From positions 1 to 59,348 of the forward strand of contig JAYPPA010000011.1 of NCBI GenBank assembly GCA_038131245.1: a DNA stretch of 59,348 bases. Reading direction: 5' to 3'. A program made the position numbers and the translations under genes. Source of the stretch: Rickettsia sp. (GTDB lineage: Bacteria; Pseudomonadota; Alphaproteobacteria; Rickettsiales; UBA1997). The notes under the pieces are model-generated. The model was given only the letters and a program-made list of their open reading frames with translations. It did no database searches and was not told where the DNA came from. This document shows, piece after piece, positions 17,749-27,399 of this stretch (its first letter is position 1; each line of letters begins with the position of its first letter).

Positions 17749-18820
17749 TTTTTATATATTTTGAGTTATTAAAATAAAAATCCGACTTTATCTCATTTAG
17801 CCTTGAAGTTACCCTAGCATTAGTTTTAGAATCATTTTTATTTGAGTATAAATCCTCAATTGCCACCTTAGCCAAAATAATCAGAGCCACCCTATTTTCA
17901 TAAACCTCGTCAATAAATAGCATGAATCTTTTTATCTCATTTTTTGACTCAGAAGAGAATTTTGGTAGGTTTTTTAAGAAAATCAAGCCAAATTCGCCAC
18001 AAATCGCCTTAAAATCAGCCGCAGATCGATTTTTCTGACATAATTCCTCATAGTCAAATATTGCAATATTATCTACAGTTTTTTTGATTTTAATCTTCCT
18101 GCCCCATATTTCAAGATCCATCGGCAAAGGATTTTCACCATTTAAAGCCTCTAACATAACCAAATCAAACTTTTTGACCTCATCTTTAGTAAAATATCTC
18201 TGCTCAATATTTTTTTTATGAATCAAGCGATAGTCAATTTCTGAATTAAAGTGAATAACCTTAAATTTCTCGATTAAATGGTTTTTAACAAACTTCATGA
18301 AAATTTCCCGCTGAATGCCGTTTGGATATAAATTTTGCGGCTCTGAATTTGAAGTAAGCACCAAAAACACACCATTTTCAATAAAATATGTAAAAATTCG
18401 CTCTAAAAGCATAGCATCAGCAATGTCAGAGACCTGGAACTCATCAAAACAAACCAATTTTGAGTCTTTTGTAACTCTTTTCAAACTCTCAAATAAATCT
18501 TTATTACTATACTCCTCTTTTTTCTTGTTTTTTCTGATTTTATGATTATTCAAATGAATTTTATACATAAAATCATTAAAATGAAAATATGATTTAGAAA
18601 CAGAAACTTGATTGTAAAATTTTTTCATAAGCATGGTCTTCCCAGTACCAGGCTTAGAATATATGTACAAGCCGGAATGCTCAAAAACTTGCTTAGAAGC
18701 AAAAATTTTCGCAAAAAATCCCGGCTGATAATTTAAAATAAGCTTTAAATTATCAAACTCCCTTTGTAGCTGTTTTTGATTTTCATCCAATTTTATCATG
18801 TAACTATATTTAGTTTGCAA
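17738..18820 (-). CDS. zapE: ZapE/AFG1-family ATPase
   Basis: GLYIYSKPGTGKTMLM, HFNDFM, CFDEFQVSDIADAM, TSN and FIDEVYE; the real start may be the second Met. Confidence 0.9.
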   Translation of the reverse strand: MQTKYSYMIKLDENQKQLQREFDNLKLILNYQPGFFAKIFASKQVFEHSGLYIYSKPGTGKTMLMKKFYNQVSVSKSYFHFNDFMYKIHLNNHKIRKNKKKEEYSNKDLFESLKRVTKDSKLVCFDEFQVSDIADAMLLERIFTYFIENGVFLVLTSNSEPQNLYPNGIQREIFMKFVKNHLIEKFKVIHFNSEIDYRLIHKKNIEQRYFTKDEVKKFDLVMLEALNGENPLPMDLEIWGRKIKIKKTVDNIAIFDYEELCQKNRSAADFKAICGEFGLIFLKNLPKFSSESKNEIKRFMLFIDEVYENRVALIILAKVAIEDLYSNKNDSKTNARVTSRLNEIKSDFYFNNSKYIKNDA

Positions 18821-18932
18821 ACCCTATTCTATTATAATTATATAAATATTCAACTAAATATATAAAATATACTTGCAAAAACTAATTAATTGTTGATAAT
18901 ATTACTTATGTTAGTAATAAAATCTAAAATAA

Positions 18933-20402
18933 ATGAAAGATATAAACATTTTATCTATTTTGACATTTTTGCCAATCATAAGCGCAATAGTGATAGCCTT
19001 TGTTAAAACAAGGGATCCAAAAAATTACTATATAGCTGGAATTGCAATTGCAGCAATAAATTTTATCATAAGTATAAAGTTATTTCTTGCCTTTGACAAA
19101 ACTCAAATTGGCTTTCAGTATAAAGAGGTTTACGGCCTAATCAACAATATGAGCTTCAAATATTACCTTGGTATTGACGGTATATCAATTGCAATGATTG
19201 TACTTACTACTTTTTTAACTCCGATCTGCCTCTTGATAAGCTACAACACCATCAAAGACAGGGTCAAAGAATTCGTGATTTGCTTTTTATTGATAGAAGG
19301 ATTTGTAATCGGCTCATTTTGCGCGCTTGATTTACTTCTTTTCTACATCTTCTTCGAAGCAATGTTAATACCTATGTTCTTAGTCATTGGTATCTGGGGA
19401 GGAAAAGATCGAATTTACTCCGCTTACAAGTTCTTTTTATATACATTATTTGGTTCAGTATTATTTTTAATCGCCATTATCTATATATATGTAAATATTG
19501 GAACTACTGATATATTCATTCTTAAAACCATCTTGCCTCACACTCCAATGGAGGTTCAAAAATATCTCTGGTTAGCATTTTTCATATCATTTGCCATCAA
19601 AGTACCAATGTTTCCGGTCCACACTTGGCTTCCTGATGCTCACGTACAAGCCCCAACCTCGGGCTCAGTAATCTTAGCTGGAATCCTAATCAAACTTGGT
19701 GCCTACGCAATGATCAGATTCATGCTGCCATTTTTCCCTGGTGCAAGTCACCTTTTTGCAAACCTAGTATTTGCACTTAGTATCGCAGCAATAATCTACG
19801 CATCTTTAGTTGCATTAATGCAAACTGATATGAAGAAAATGATTGCTTATTCTTCTGTGGCTCATATGGGTTATGTTACGATGGGAATTTTCAGCTTCAA
19901 TCAGCAAGGTATCGACGGAGCCGTCATGCAAATGATAAGTCACGGCCTTGTGTCTGCCGCTTTATTCATCTGCGTTGGCGTAATTTACGATCGAATCAAA
20001 ACTAAAGAAATAGCAAAAATGGGTGGGATTGCCACCAAAATGCCAAATTTCGCTTTACTTTTCATGATTTTCACTCTAGCCAGCGTTGGACTTCCTGGAA
20101 CTAGTGGCTTTGTCGGAGAATTTTTGACCATCATAGGAACTTTCAAAGCTAGTAAAATTACTGCAATTTTTGCTACTTGTGGAATCATATTAGGAGCATG
20201 CTACATGCTATGGCTCTATAAAAGAAGCGCATTTGGCGAAATTACCAATGACGATGTTGCAAAAATGAAAGATTTAAATAAAATCGAATTATCGTCCCTT
20301 GGGGTAATAGCAATCCTAGTGATACTACTTGGTTTGTTACCAGGACTAATATCAAGCTACTACAAACTGCCAGTTGCGCATGTTGTAGGAATTATGAATT
20401 AA
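18933..20402 (+). CDS. nuoM: NADH-quinone oxidoreductase subunit M
   Basis: GIDGIS, FFEAMLIPM, KVPMFPVHTWLPDAHVQAP and IAYSSVAHMG. Confidence 0.97.
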   Translation: MKDINILSILTFLPIISAIVIAFVKTRDPKNYYIAGIAIAAINFIISIKLFLAFDKTQIGFQYKEVYGLINNMSFKYYLGIDGISIAMIVLTTFLTPICLLISYNTIKDRVKEFVICFLLIEGFVIGSFCALDLLLFYIFFEAMLIPMFLVIGIWGGKDRIYSAYKFFLYTLFGSVLFLIAIIYIYVNIGTTDIFILKTILPHTPMEVQKYLWLAFFISFAIKVPMFPVHTWLPDAHVQAPTSGSVILAGILIKLGAYAMIRFMLPFFPGASHLFANLVFALSIAAIIYASLVALMQTDMKKMIAYSSVAHMGYVTMGIFSFNQQGIDGAVMQMISHGLVSAALFICVGVIYDRIKTKEIAKMGGIATKMPNFALLFMIFTLASVGLPGTSGFVGEFLTIIGTFKASKITAIFATCGIILGACYMLWLYKRSAFGEITNDDVAKMKDLNKIELSSLGVIAILVILLGLLPGLISSYYKLPVAHVVGIMN

Positions 20403-20414
20403 TTTGAACCAATA

Positions 20415-21887
20415 ATGATTGTAAATAAAATTATATTTCCAATTTTACCGGAACTAACTCTTTTTTGCTCTGCCTTATTCATTTTAATGGCAGATGTATT
20501 TTTTGCAAAAAGATTCAAAAATTTCTATAAATTCTCTTATGTTTGCGCACTTGCTGCAACATTTTTGGCACTAATATTGGCGTTATCAACCTCTACTGCG
20601 TCTGAAAATTTCTTCTACTCAATGTTATTTTCAAGCAGCTTCACCGTCTTTGTTAAAATATGTTTGTCAGTATTGCTAATTTTCATAATTACCCTATCCC
20701 TTGAATATCTCAAAAAAAGATCTTCGACAAGCGCTGAATTTCTTGCTTTAATGATGATTTCTACTGTTGGTGCGATGTTGCTAATTCAGTCTAATGACTT
20801 TTTAATACTATATCTATCACTAGAGCTTCAGTCGCTACCTTTATATTTACTTGCAGCCATGAACAGACAATCGGTAAGATCTTCTGAGAGCGGCGTTAAA
20901 TACTTCATTTTAGGTTCGACGGCTTCTGGAATATTGTTACTAGGAATATCGTTATTTTATGGATTTTCTGGCACTACAAACTTTGACGCAGCCTTCAATC
21001 TATATGCGCACAGTCAAATTCCTCCAGCAGTAGTCCTTGGTTTCGTCTTAATTTTGATAGCAATATTCTTCAAAATCTCAGCAGCCCCATTTCACATGTG
21101 GACACCAGATGTTTACCAAGGCTCACATGCTATTGTGACTTCGTTTTTTGCAACGATTAGTAAATTTTCTGCGACATTAATCTTGGTTAGAATTTTTCTC
21201 GACCTATCAACTGGATTCGAAGGCATGAATAATGTTCTAATTCTTGTTGCAGTAACCTCACTTGCCGTCGGAAGTCTTGGTGCAATCAGACAAAACAACC
21301 TGAAAAGACTCTTCGCATACAGCTCAATTGGCCATGTTGGCTTCGTTTTATTCGGCCTATCAGCCCTATCGCTAGAAGGAATAAAATCATGCGTAATTTA
21401 CATGGTCATCTACTCAGTATTATCAATTGGAAATTTTGGCTTTTTAACCTTAATTTCAAGATCCGGCAACAATGGCAATAAAGATGATGAAGCTGACGAC
21501 CAAAGATACTCCATATCTTCGCTATCTGGACTGGCAAATAAAAACCCCATCTTAGCCCTATCTTTTGCAATTCTAATGTTCTCAACTGCTGGTATTCCAC
21601 CTTTAGCAGGCTTCTTTTCAAAATTCTACATAATTATCACAACAATCAAAGAGGGATACTATATAGCCTCAACAGTCGCCATACTATTTAGCGCCGTTAG
21701 TGCTTACTACTACCTTAGAATTGTTAAAGTAATGTATTTTGACAAGCCAGAAAAGTCAACTCAGGTAAGATTTTACAAAAGACTTGGCTCAAAACTAGTT
21801 ATAGTATTTATTGCCTTACTAAATCTATCGTTCATTTTATACCTAAAAAACTTCTCGTCCTTTATTTCTAAAATGCTCGGTTTTTAA
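20415..21887 (+). CDS. nuoN: NADH-quinone oxidoreductase subunit N
   Basis: ELQSLPLY, ESGVKYF, FKISAAPFHMWTPDVYQG and AGIPPLAGF. Confidence 0.97.
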   Translation: MIVNKIIFPILPELTLFCSALFILMADVFFAKRFKNFYKFSYVCALAATFLALILALSTSTASENFFYSMLFSSSFTVFVKICLSVLLIFIITLSLEYLKKRSSTSAEFLALMMISTVGAMLLIQSNDFLILYLSLELQSLPLYLLAAMNRQSVRSSESGVKYFILGSTASGILLLGISLFYGFSGTTNFDAAFNLYAHSQIPPAVVLGFVLILIAIFFKISAAPFHMWTPDVYQGSHAIVTSFFATISKFSATLILVRIFLDLSTGFEGMNNVLILVAVTSLAVGSLGAIRQNNLKRLFAYSSIGHVGFVLFGLSALSLEGIKSCVIYMVIYSVLSIGNFGFLTLISRSGNNGNKDDEADDQRYSISSLSGLANKNPILALSFAILMFSTAGIPPLAGFFSKFYIIITTIKEGYYIASTVAILFSAVSAYYYLRIVKVMYFDKPEKSTQVRFYKRLGSKLVIVFIALLNLSFILYLKNFSSFISKMLGF

Positions 21888-21903
21888 AAAATAATAATTT
21901 TAA

Positions 21904-21932
21904 TTGACAATTAGATTACTAAATTTTAAGAT
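21904..21932 (+). promoter_or_regulatory. Sigma70 promoter of the ankyrin gene
   Basis: TTGACA-17 bp-TAAGAT. Confidence 0.6.
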
Positions 21933-21966
21933 CGTAAAAAGTATTTTTTAATCTTAAAAAGCACTT

Positions 21967-23244
21967 ATGCCAAGCGAAGAAGCTAATTTTTACACAACAA
22001 TAAATATAGATAAATTATCTACAGCTCTATGCAAAGCAGTCGCAGAAGGATCTATGGATGCCGTAAGATCTATAATTACAATAAGCTATTTATTTGAAAT
22101 TGAAGGTGATATAAATCTACCAAAAATATTAACTAACCATCCCGATAATTCAGGCCAAACTCCATTATATATTGCTATTAAAGAGGGTCACATACATATA
22201 GTAAAGCTACTTCTTCAAGAAGGGTCTGATATCCAAGAACAAGATGTTGAAAAAGCAATCCTTAATTCCATAGAATATCGAGAGAGTAATCCAATAATCC
22301 TGTCTTTGTTAATTAATTTTATTAAAGAGCAAGATCAACAGAAGATGGAGTTGCTAAATATGGCCAATTTAATATCTAATATTTCTAAAGAAGAGTTTAT
22401 GTTATTAAAAAAAATGATACTATCACCACTTGATTATGTACAGCAAGCCCTTGAAACCCTAATCATGCACAACCCTGAGCTGCAAAAACTTGTTGATAGA
22501 TTAGAGACCAATTTAGAACTTTTTCAAGCCATAAAAAATGGTCAACAAGAAGAAGTAGAAAAACTAATTATAGATCCAGATATTGACTTCACATCACAGC
22601 ATTTTATAACTCACGAAACCCCCTTCACAGCAGCCATCCGATCCGGAAACGCTGTAATTGTAGAATCAATAGCTAAATCAGATAAATTTAACATCAATTC
22701 CGAATTACATCATGGACGCCATGCTTTTGATATGGCAGTTGGATTCCAAAACCATGACATAGTAAAATTTCTTATTGAACAATTTCCAGATAACCTACGC
22801 CTATTCCTTCAAAGAACCAATTTTGAAGCACCATCACTATCAGAACCACTAAGAGAGGCTATATATTTTAACAAACCAGAATTATTATCTCTACTGGTAA
22901 ATATCTTGTACGACAAAGATCCTGATCTATTAGATGAATGCCTGGTAAAATCTAAACTAGCAGGAGAAAATAAATCCTCTCTTTATTTAGATGATAGCCA
23001 TCTAATAAAGGTAATGCTCTACTCAGATAATCCAGAGGTAACAAAAGCACTAAAAATACTAATCGAAAAAAATCTCGAACCCAAACTTGAAGAAGAATTA
23101 GCAAAAGCGCAACTAGAAGTAGTTAAGGCAAAGCAAGAGGAGGCTGCGTCTCAAGACGCAAAGCAAGACCCACCAGGATCTAAACCAACCAACACAGAAG
23201 GATTAAATGTAAAAAAACCCCACCACCAAGTCTCAAAAAGCTAA
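21967..23244 (+). CDS. Ankyrin-repeat protein
   Basis: DNSGQTPLYIAIKEGHIHIVKLLLQEGSD, ETPFTAAIRSGNAVIVESI and HAFDMAVGFQNHDIVKFLI. Confidence 0.88.
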   Translation: MPSEEANFYTTINIDKLSTALCKAVAEGSMDAVRSIITISYLFEIEGDINLPKILTNHPDNSGQTPLYIAIKEGHIHIVKLLLQEGSDIQEQDVEKAILNSIEYRESNPIILSLLINFIKEQDQQKMELLNMANLISNISKEEFMLLKKMILSPLDYVQQALETLIMHNPELQKLVDRLETNLELFQAIKNGQQEEVEKLIIDPDIDFTSQHFITHETPFTAAIRSGNAVIVESIAKSDKFNINSELHHGRHAFDMAVGFQNHDIVKFLIEQFPDNLRLFLQRTNFEAPSLSEPLREAIYFNKPELLSLLVNILYDKDPDLLDECLVKSKLAGENKSSLYLDDSHLIKVMLYSDNPEVTKALKILIEKNLEPKLEEELAKAQLEVVKAKQEEAASQDAKQDPPGSKPTNTEGLNVKKPHHQVSKS

Positions 23245-24023
23245 TATGGTGGAAAGTCAAGTCCCTTTGGCGAAGAAGTAAAAATCTCAAAGCCATCTTT
23301 AGTCACCCCAAGTGAATGCTCAAACTGCGCAGAAAGAGACTTATCGCGAGTAGTCACCGTCCAGCCATCAAAATTACTCAAAATAGTAGGATACTTACCG
23401 GCATTAATCATTGGCTCTACTGTAAAAAACATTCCCTCTTCCAAAGTCACACCCTCGCCTTTTTTACCATAATGCAAAATACTAGGCTCAGTATGAAAAA
23501 CCCGGCCAAGACCATGGCCGCAATAATCCCTAACAACAGAAAAACCCTGCTTTTCAGCATATGTTTGAATCGCATAACCAATATCACCAACAGTCGCACC
23601 AGGCTTTACCTGCTCAATTCCAAGCATCATCGCATCATAAGTCACCTGACAAAGCCTCTTAGCCTTAACCGAGGGCTTTCCAACATAAAACATCCGACTA
23701 GTATCACCATGCCAGCCATCTAAAATAACCGTAACATCGATATTCACAATATCTCCATCTTTAAGCCTCTTGGAAGACGGAATTCCGTGGCAAACCACAT
23801 GATTAATCGAGGTACAAATCGACTTTGGAAAGCCCTTATAGTTAAGCGGAGCTGGAATTGCTTTATTTTCAATAATTTTATCGTGACAAAGCTTATCAAG
23901 CTCTTCAGTTGCAACGCCAGGCTCAACATGAGGAGCAATAAAATCCAACACTGAAGCCGCCAAAGCCCCAGCAGCAGCCATTCTCTCGAAATCTTTCTTG
24001 CTATGAATAGTAATATTTGACAT
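23241..24023 (-). CDS. map: Methionine aminopeptidase type I
   Basis: CTSINHVVCHGIP, GDTSRM, GHGLG, EPMIN and SAQFEH. Confidence 0.98.
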   Translation of the reverse strand: MSNITIHSKKDFERMAAAGALAASVLDFIAPHVEPGVATEELDKLCHDKIIENKAIPAPLNYKGFPKSICTSINHVVCHGIPSSKRLKDGDIVNIDVTVILDGWHGDTSRMFYVGKPSVKAKRLCQVTYDAMMLGIEQVKPGATVGDIGYAIQTYAEKQGFSVVRDYCGHGLGRVFHTEPSILHYGKKGEGVTLEEGMFFTVEPMINAGKYPTILSNFDGWTVTTRDKSLSAQFEHSLGVTKDGFEIFTSSPKGLDFPPY

Positions 24024-24038
24024 TTATTTAAAAAACTA

Positions 24039-24067
24039 TTGACAAAATTAGCCTAATATGCTATAAT
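24039..24067 (+). promoter_or_regulatory. Sigma70 promoter for rpoZ-spoT
   Basis: TTGACA-AAATTAGCCTAATATGC(17)-TATAAT. Confidence 0.75.
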
Positions 24068-24111
24068 ATAATTATATTTTATAACTATTATTAAATTAAA
24101 GCAATATAAAA

Positions 24112-24474
24112 ATGGCTAGAGTTACAGTTGAAGATTGTGTATTATCAGTTCCAAATAGGTTTGAACTATGCTTAATCGCAAGCAAAAGAGCAAGAAATAT
24201 CCTATCTGGCGCCCATAGCGAGCTTGAAGATACTGGGGAAAAACCAACAGTTCTCGCTCTAAGAGAAATTGGCGAAAACTTAATCGATGTCGAAGCTATA
24301 AAAGAAGATTTGTTAACAACAATAAAAAATCGTGATTCTTCTGTTGTTGGGCAATCTATCAATAACCCTTGCGAAGAAGATATAGAGTCTCTTAATCCAG
24401 ATCCTATTGCTGCTGCGCCTAGTCATACTTCTGGGGCTAGCTTCGTTTCTGAAAATATCGAAGTTGAAGACTAA
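24112..24474 (+). CDS. rpoZ: RNA polymerase omega subunit
   Basis: MARVTVEDC, NRFELCLIA and KPTVLALREI. Confidence 0.96.
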   Translation: MARVTVEDCVLSVPNRFELCLIASKRARNILSGAHSELEDTGEKPTVLALREIGENLIDVEAIKEDLLTTIKNRDSSVVGQSINNPCEEDIESLNPDPIAAAPSHTSGASFVSENIEVED

Positions 24475-24558
24475 AAGCTAGGTAGCTATAAAATTGCCTA
24501 ACTACACTGTTGAACACTACTCAACAAAATAAAATACCTAACCTAAGTATTTAGCTAT

Positions 24559-26715
24559 ATGGTCACAGTAAAGGAGTTAATAGCAAAAATAGAAGAATAT
24601 AATCCAAAAACCGACAAAGCTCTAATCCAAAAAGCCTATATTTTTGCTAAAAATAGCCACGGATCACAAAAAAGACACTCTGGAGAACCTTATTTCACAC
24701 ACCCCGTAACAGTTGCTAAAATTCTCACCGAATTAAAAGTTGATGATGATACTATTGTTGCTGCGCTTTTACATGATACAGTTGAAGACACCGAAGTAAC
24801 ATCTCAAGACATAGAAAATGAATTTGGCAGCAATATTGCAAAGCTAGTAGACGGGGTCACGAAACTAAGCATTATTAGTAATTATTCGGCCAATGAAAGG
24901 ATTGCTGAGAATTTTAGAAAATTGACCATCGCAATGTCGGAAGATATAAGGGTTTTGCTTATTAAGCTTGCCGATAGACTTCACAATCTACGCACCTTAC
25001 ATTTTTTACCTTCCAAAGAAAATAGGATTAGAAAAGCAAAAGAAAGTCTTGATATATATGCTCCACTTGCAGCAAGAATTGGCTTAAACAAAATTAAAGA
25101 TGAAATCCAAGATCTTGCCTTTCAAATAATAGACCCTGATGCAAGGAAATTCATATCCGACAAATTAAATAAATTAATCGATAAGAGAAAATCATCGATC
25201 GATAGAATCATTAAACACTTAGGAAAGACCTTAAAAGCACAACAAATCGAAGCCAAAATAATGGGTCGCCAAAAAACCTATTACTCTATCTGGAATAAAA
25301 TGAAGGCTAAAAATGCTGGATTTCACCACTTGCACGACATAATGGCATTTCGAATAATAGTAAAAGACATTCCAACTTGTTATCAGGCTCTTGGAATTAT
25401 AAATACTAACCACAACATGATTCCAGGAACTTTTTCCGACTATATTTCAACACCAAAAGAAAACGGCTACAGATCTTTGCACCTAGCAGTTTTAGGGCCC
25501 TTTAATAAAAAAATCGAAATCCAAATCAGAGACAATCAAATGCATGATGAGGCTGAGCTTGGATTGGCTGCACATTGGTTTTATAAAGATAGTCGCAATA
25601 ATGAATCCTTGGCAATCAATGAGATAAAATCCGAGGTTAAACATTACCGCTGGATAAGAGACTTAATTTCGCTATTTGAAGATTCTTATAATGCTAAAGA
25701 AGTAATTGAAAGCAGCAAATTAGATCTTCATAAAGACGAAGTATTTTGCTTTACACCAAATGGAGACATATTCAACCTGCAAATTCGCTCTACGGCCCTT
25801 GATTTTGCTTACGCTATTCATTCGGAAATTGGTAATCGCTGTATTGCTGCAAAAATCAATGGCGTAATATCTCCACTAAGACAAAAGCTAGAAAATGGCG
25901 ATCAAATAGAAATAATCACCAGAAAAGATTCTACCCCAAGCCCGACCTGGCTACAATTTGTAACAACTGCTAAAGCTCGAACTGCTATTAAGGCTTTTAT
26001 CAGAGAAGAGAAGCTTAAAGAGCACAAAAAATTAGGATTCACATTAATTAGTAAATTTTTCCTAATTAAAAACAAAATGTTTAGCGAAGAGCTGCTTGAA
26101 AAAATTCTGCCCGAATTGAAGTTAAAAAGCGTCGACGAATTATACGCTAAAGTTGCTGAAGGATTAATTCAAAGAAAGAAAGTATTTGAACTTGTTTTTC
26201 CATCTGAAGTAGATTTGTCCGAAAAACCGTCATCAACTCTATCAAAAATCAAAGATTATGAAAAATCAGTAGCAATAGATGGTGTTTTATCTGGTATGGC
26301 TGTAAATTTTGCAAGCTGTTGCAATCCAATTCCCGGAGACAGTATTGTTGGCATAATAAATACCGGAGTTGGAGTCACGATTCATAACCAAGAATGTCGC
26401 AACTTGGCCAATTTAATAATCAAACCACAAAGAATTATCGAGGTCCACTGGAAAGATAACAAGGCGCTTAACATCCTATATTCAAGCAGAATAAGATTAC
26501 TAACAAGCAACAAGCCTGGAAATTTAGCAAAAATCGCCTCAATAATAGCCAAAAAGAAAATCAATATCAGTAATATGAAGGTCGTAAAAAGAGGTAAAGA
26601 CTTTTCTGAACTATTCATAGATATAGAAATAAACAACTGCGAACAAATAGAATCCCTGATCTCAGCATTTCTAATATCAAAACATGTCAACGAAGTAGAA
26701 AGAATGTACAGCTAA
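24559..26715 (+). CDS. spoT: Bifunctional (p)ppGpp synthetase/hydrolase (long RSH)
   Basis: RHSGEPY, LHDTVED, KLADRLHN, EIQIR, TGS (DFAYAIH), CCNPIPGD and a C-terminal ACT domain. Confidence 0.96.
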   Translation: MVTVKELIAKIEEYNPKTDKALIQKAYIFAKNSHGSQKRHSGEPYFTHPVTVAKILTELKVDDDTIVAALLHDTVEDTEVTSQDIENEFGSNIAKLVDGVTKLSIISNYSANERIAENFRKLTIAMSEDIRVLLIKLADRLHNLRTLHFLPSKENRIRKAKESLDIYAPLAARIGLNKIKDEIQDLAFQIIDPDARKFISDKLNKLIDKRKSSIDRIIKHLGKTLKAQQIEAKIMGRQKTYYSIWNKMKAKNAGFHHLHDIMAFRIIVKDIPTCYQALGIINTNHNMIPGTFSDYISTPKENGYRSLHLAVLGPFNKKIEIQIRDNQMHDEAELGLAAHWFYKDSRNNESLAINEIKSEVKHYRWIRDLISLFEDSYNAKEVIESSKLDLHKDEVFCFTPNGDIFNLQIRSTALDFAYAIHSEIGNRCIAAKINGVISPLRQKLENGDQIEIITRKDSTPSPTWLQFVTTAKARTAIKAFIREEKLKEHKKLGFTLISKFFLIKNKMFSEELLEKILPELKLKSVDELYAKVAEGLIQRKKVFELVFPSEVDLSEKPSSTLSKIKDYEKSVAIDGVLSGMAVNFASCCNPIPGDSIVGIINTGVGVTIHNQECRNLANLIIKPQRIIEVHWKDNKALNILYSSRIRLLTSNKPGNLAKIASIIAKKKINISNMKVVKRGKDFSELFIDIEINNCEQIESLISAFLISKHVNEVERMYS

Positions 26716-26718
26716 GGG

Positions 26719-27333
26719 CTAATTTAGCTTTTCAAGAATCTCTTTTACAGCCGCAACTGGCCCTTTTTCATGATCCCAAACATAAGAAACAACGCAAATA
26801 AAATCAGCCCCAACCTCTTTTAACACTCCACAATTTTGCGAATTCACTCCGCCAATTGCTGTTACTGGCAAATTTAACATCTCTTTTGCCCAAGAAACAA
26901 TTTCAGGAGTCGGCTTTGCTGTGGTTTTTTTGGTTTTAGTAGGAAAAAATGCGCCAAATGAAATATAGCTTGCTCCATTAATTTCCGCCTCAAGAGCCAA
27001 GTCACGAGAATCGTAACAACTTGCGCCTATTACGAAATCTTCACCAACTTTCTGGCGAATTTTAGCAATATTTAGATCGCTCGATCCAACATGAACACCA
27101 ACAGCACCAACTTCCAACGCAATATCAAAATAATCATTCAAAATAAATAAACAACCAAATTCATTACAAGTTGCAAGTAATCTTTGTGCATAAATTTTTA
27201 CCTCTTTATCGCTTTTATTTTTAAGTCTAAGCTGAAAAACTGGCACTTCGCATTCCTTTAAAACCTCACGCAGCTTTTTATCAAACTCTTCAAGAACAAA
27301 ATCCGGCGGTGAAATTAAATATAACTTGGTCAT
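26719..27333 (-). CDS. thiE: Thiamine-phosphate synthase
   Basis: QLRLK, ILND, GVHVG, FPTKTK and AIGG. Confidence 0.92.
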   Translation of the reverse strand: MTKLYLISPPDFVLEEFDKKLREVLKECEVPVFQLRLKNKSDKEVKIYAQRLLATCNEFGCLFILNDYFDIALEVGAVGVHVGSSDLNIAKIRQKVGEDFVIGASCYDSRDLALEAEINGASYISFGAFFPTKTKKTTAKPTPEIVSWAKEMLNLPVTAIGGVNSQNCGVLKEVGADFICVVSYVWDHEKGPVAAVKEILEKLN

Positions 27334-27399
27334 TAATAGCTATTTGTGTTTATAAACACTTAAAATGAAGACTTAAAAACGCTAGGTAAATTCTGTAGC

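Noticed and set aside
24480-24530. Two small hairpins between rpoZ and spoT
   Set aside because: Stems of only 6-7 bp in AT-rich DNA, expected by chance.
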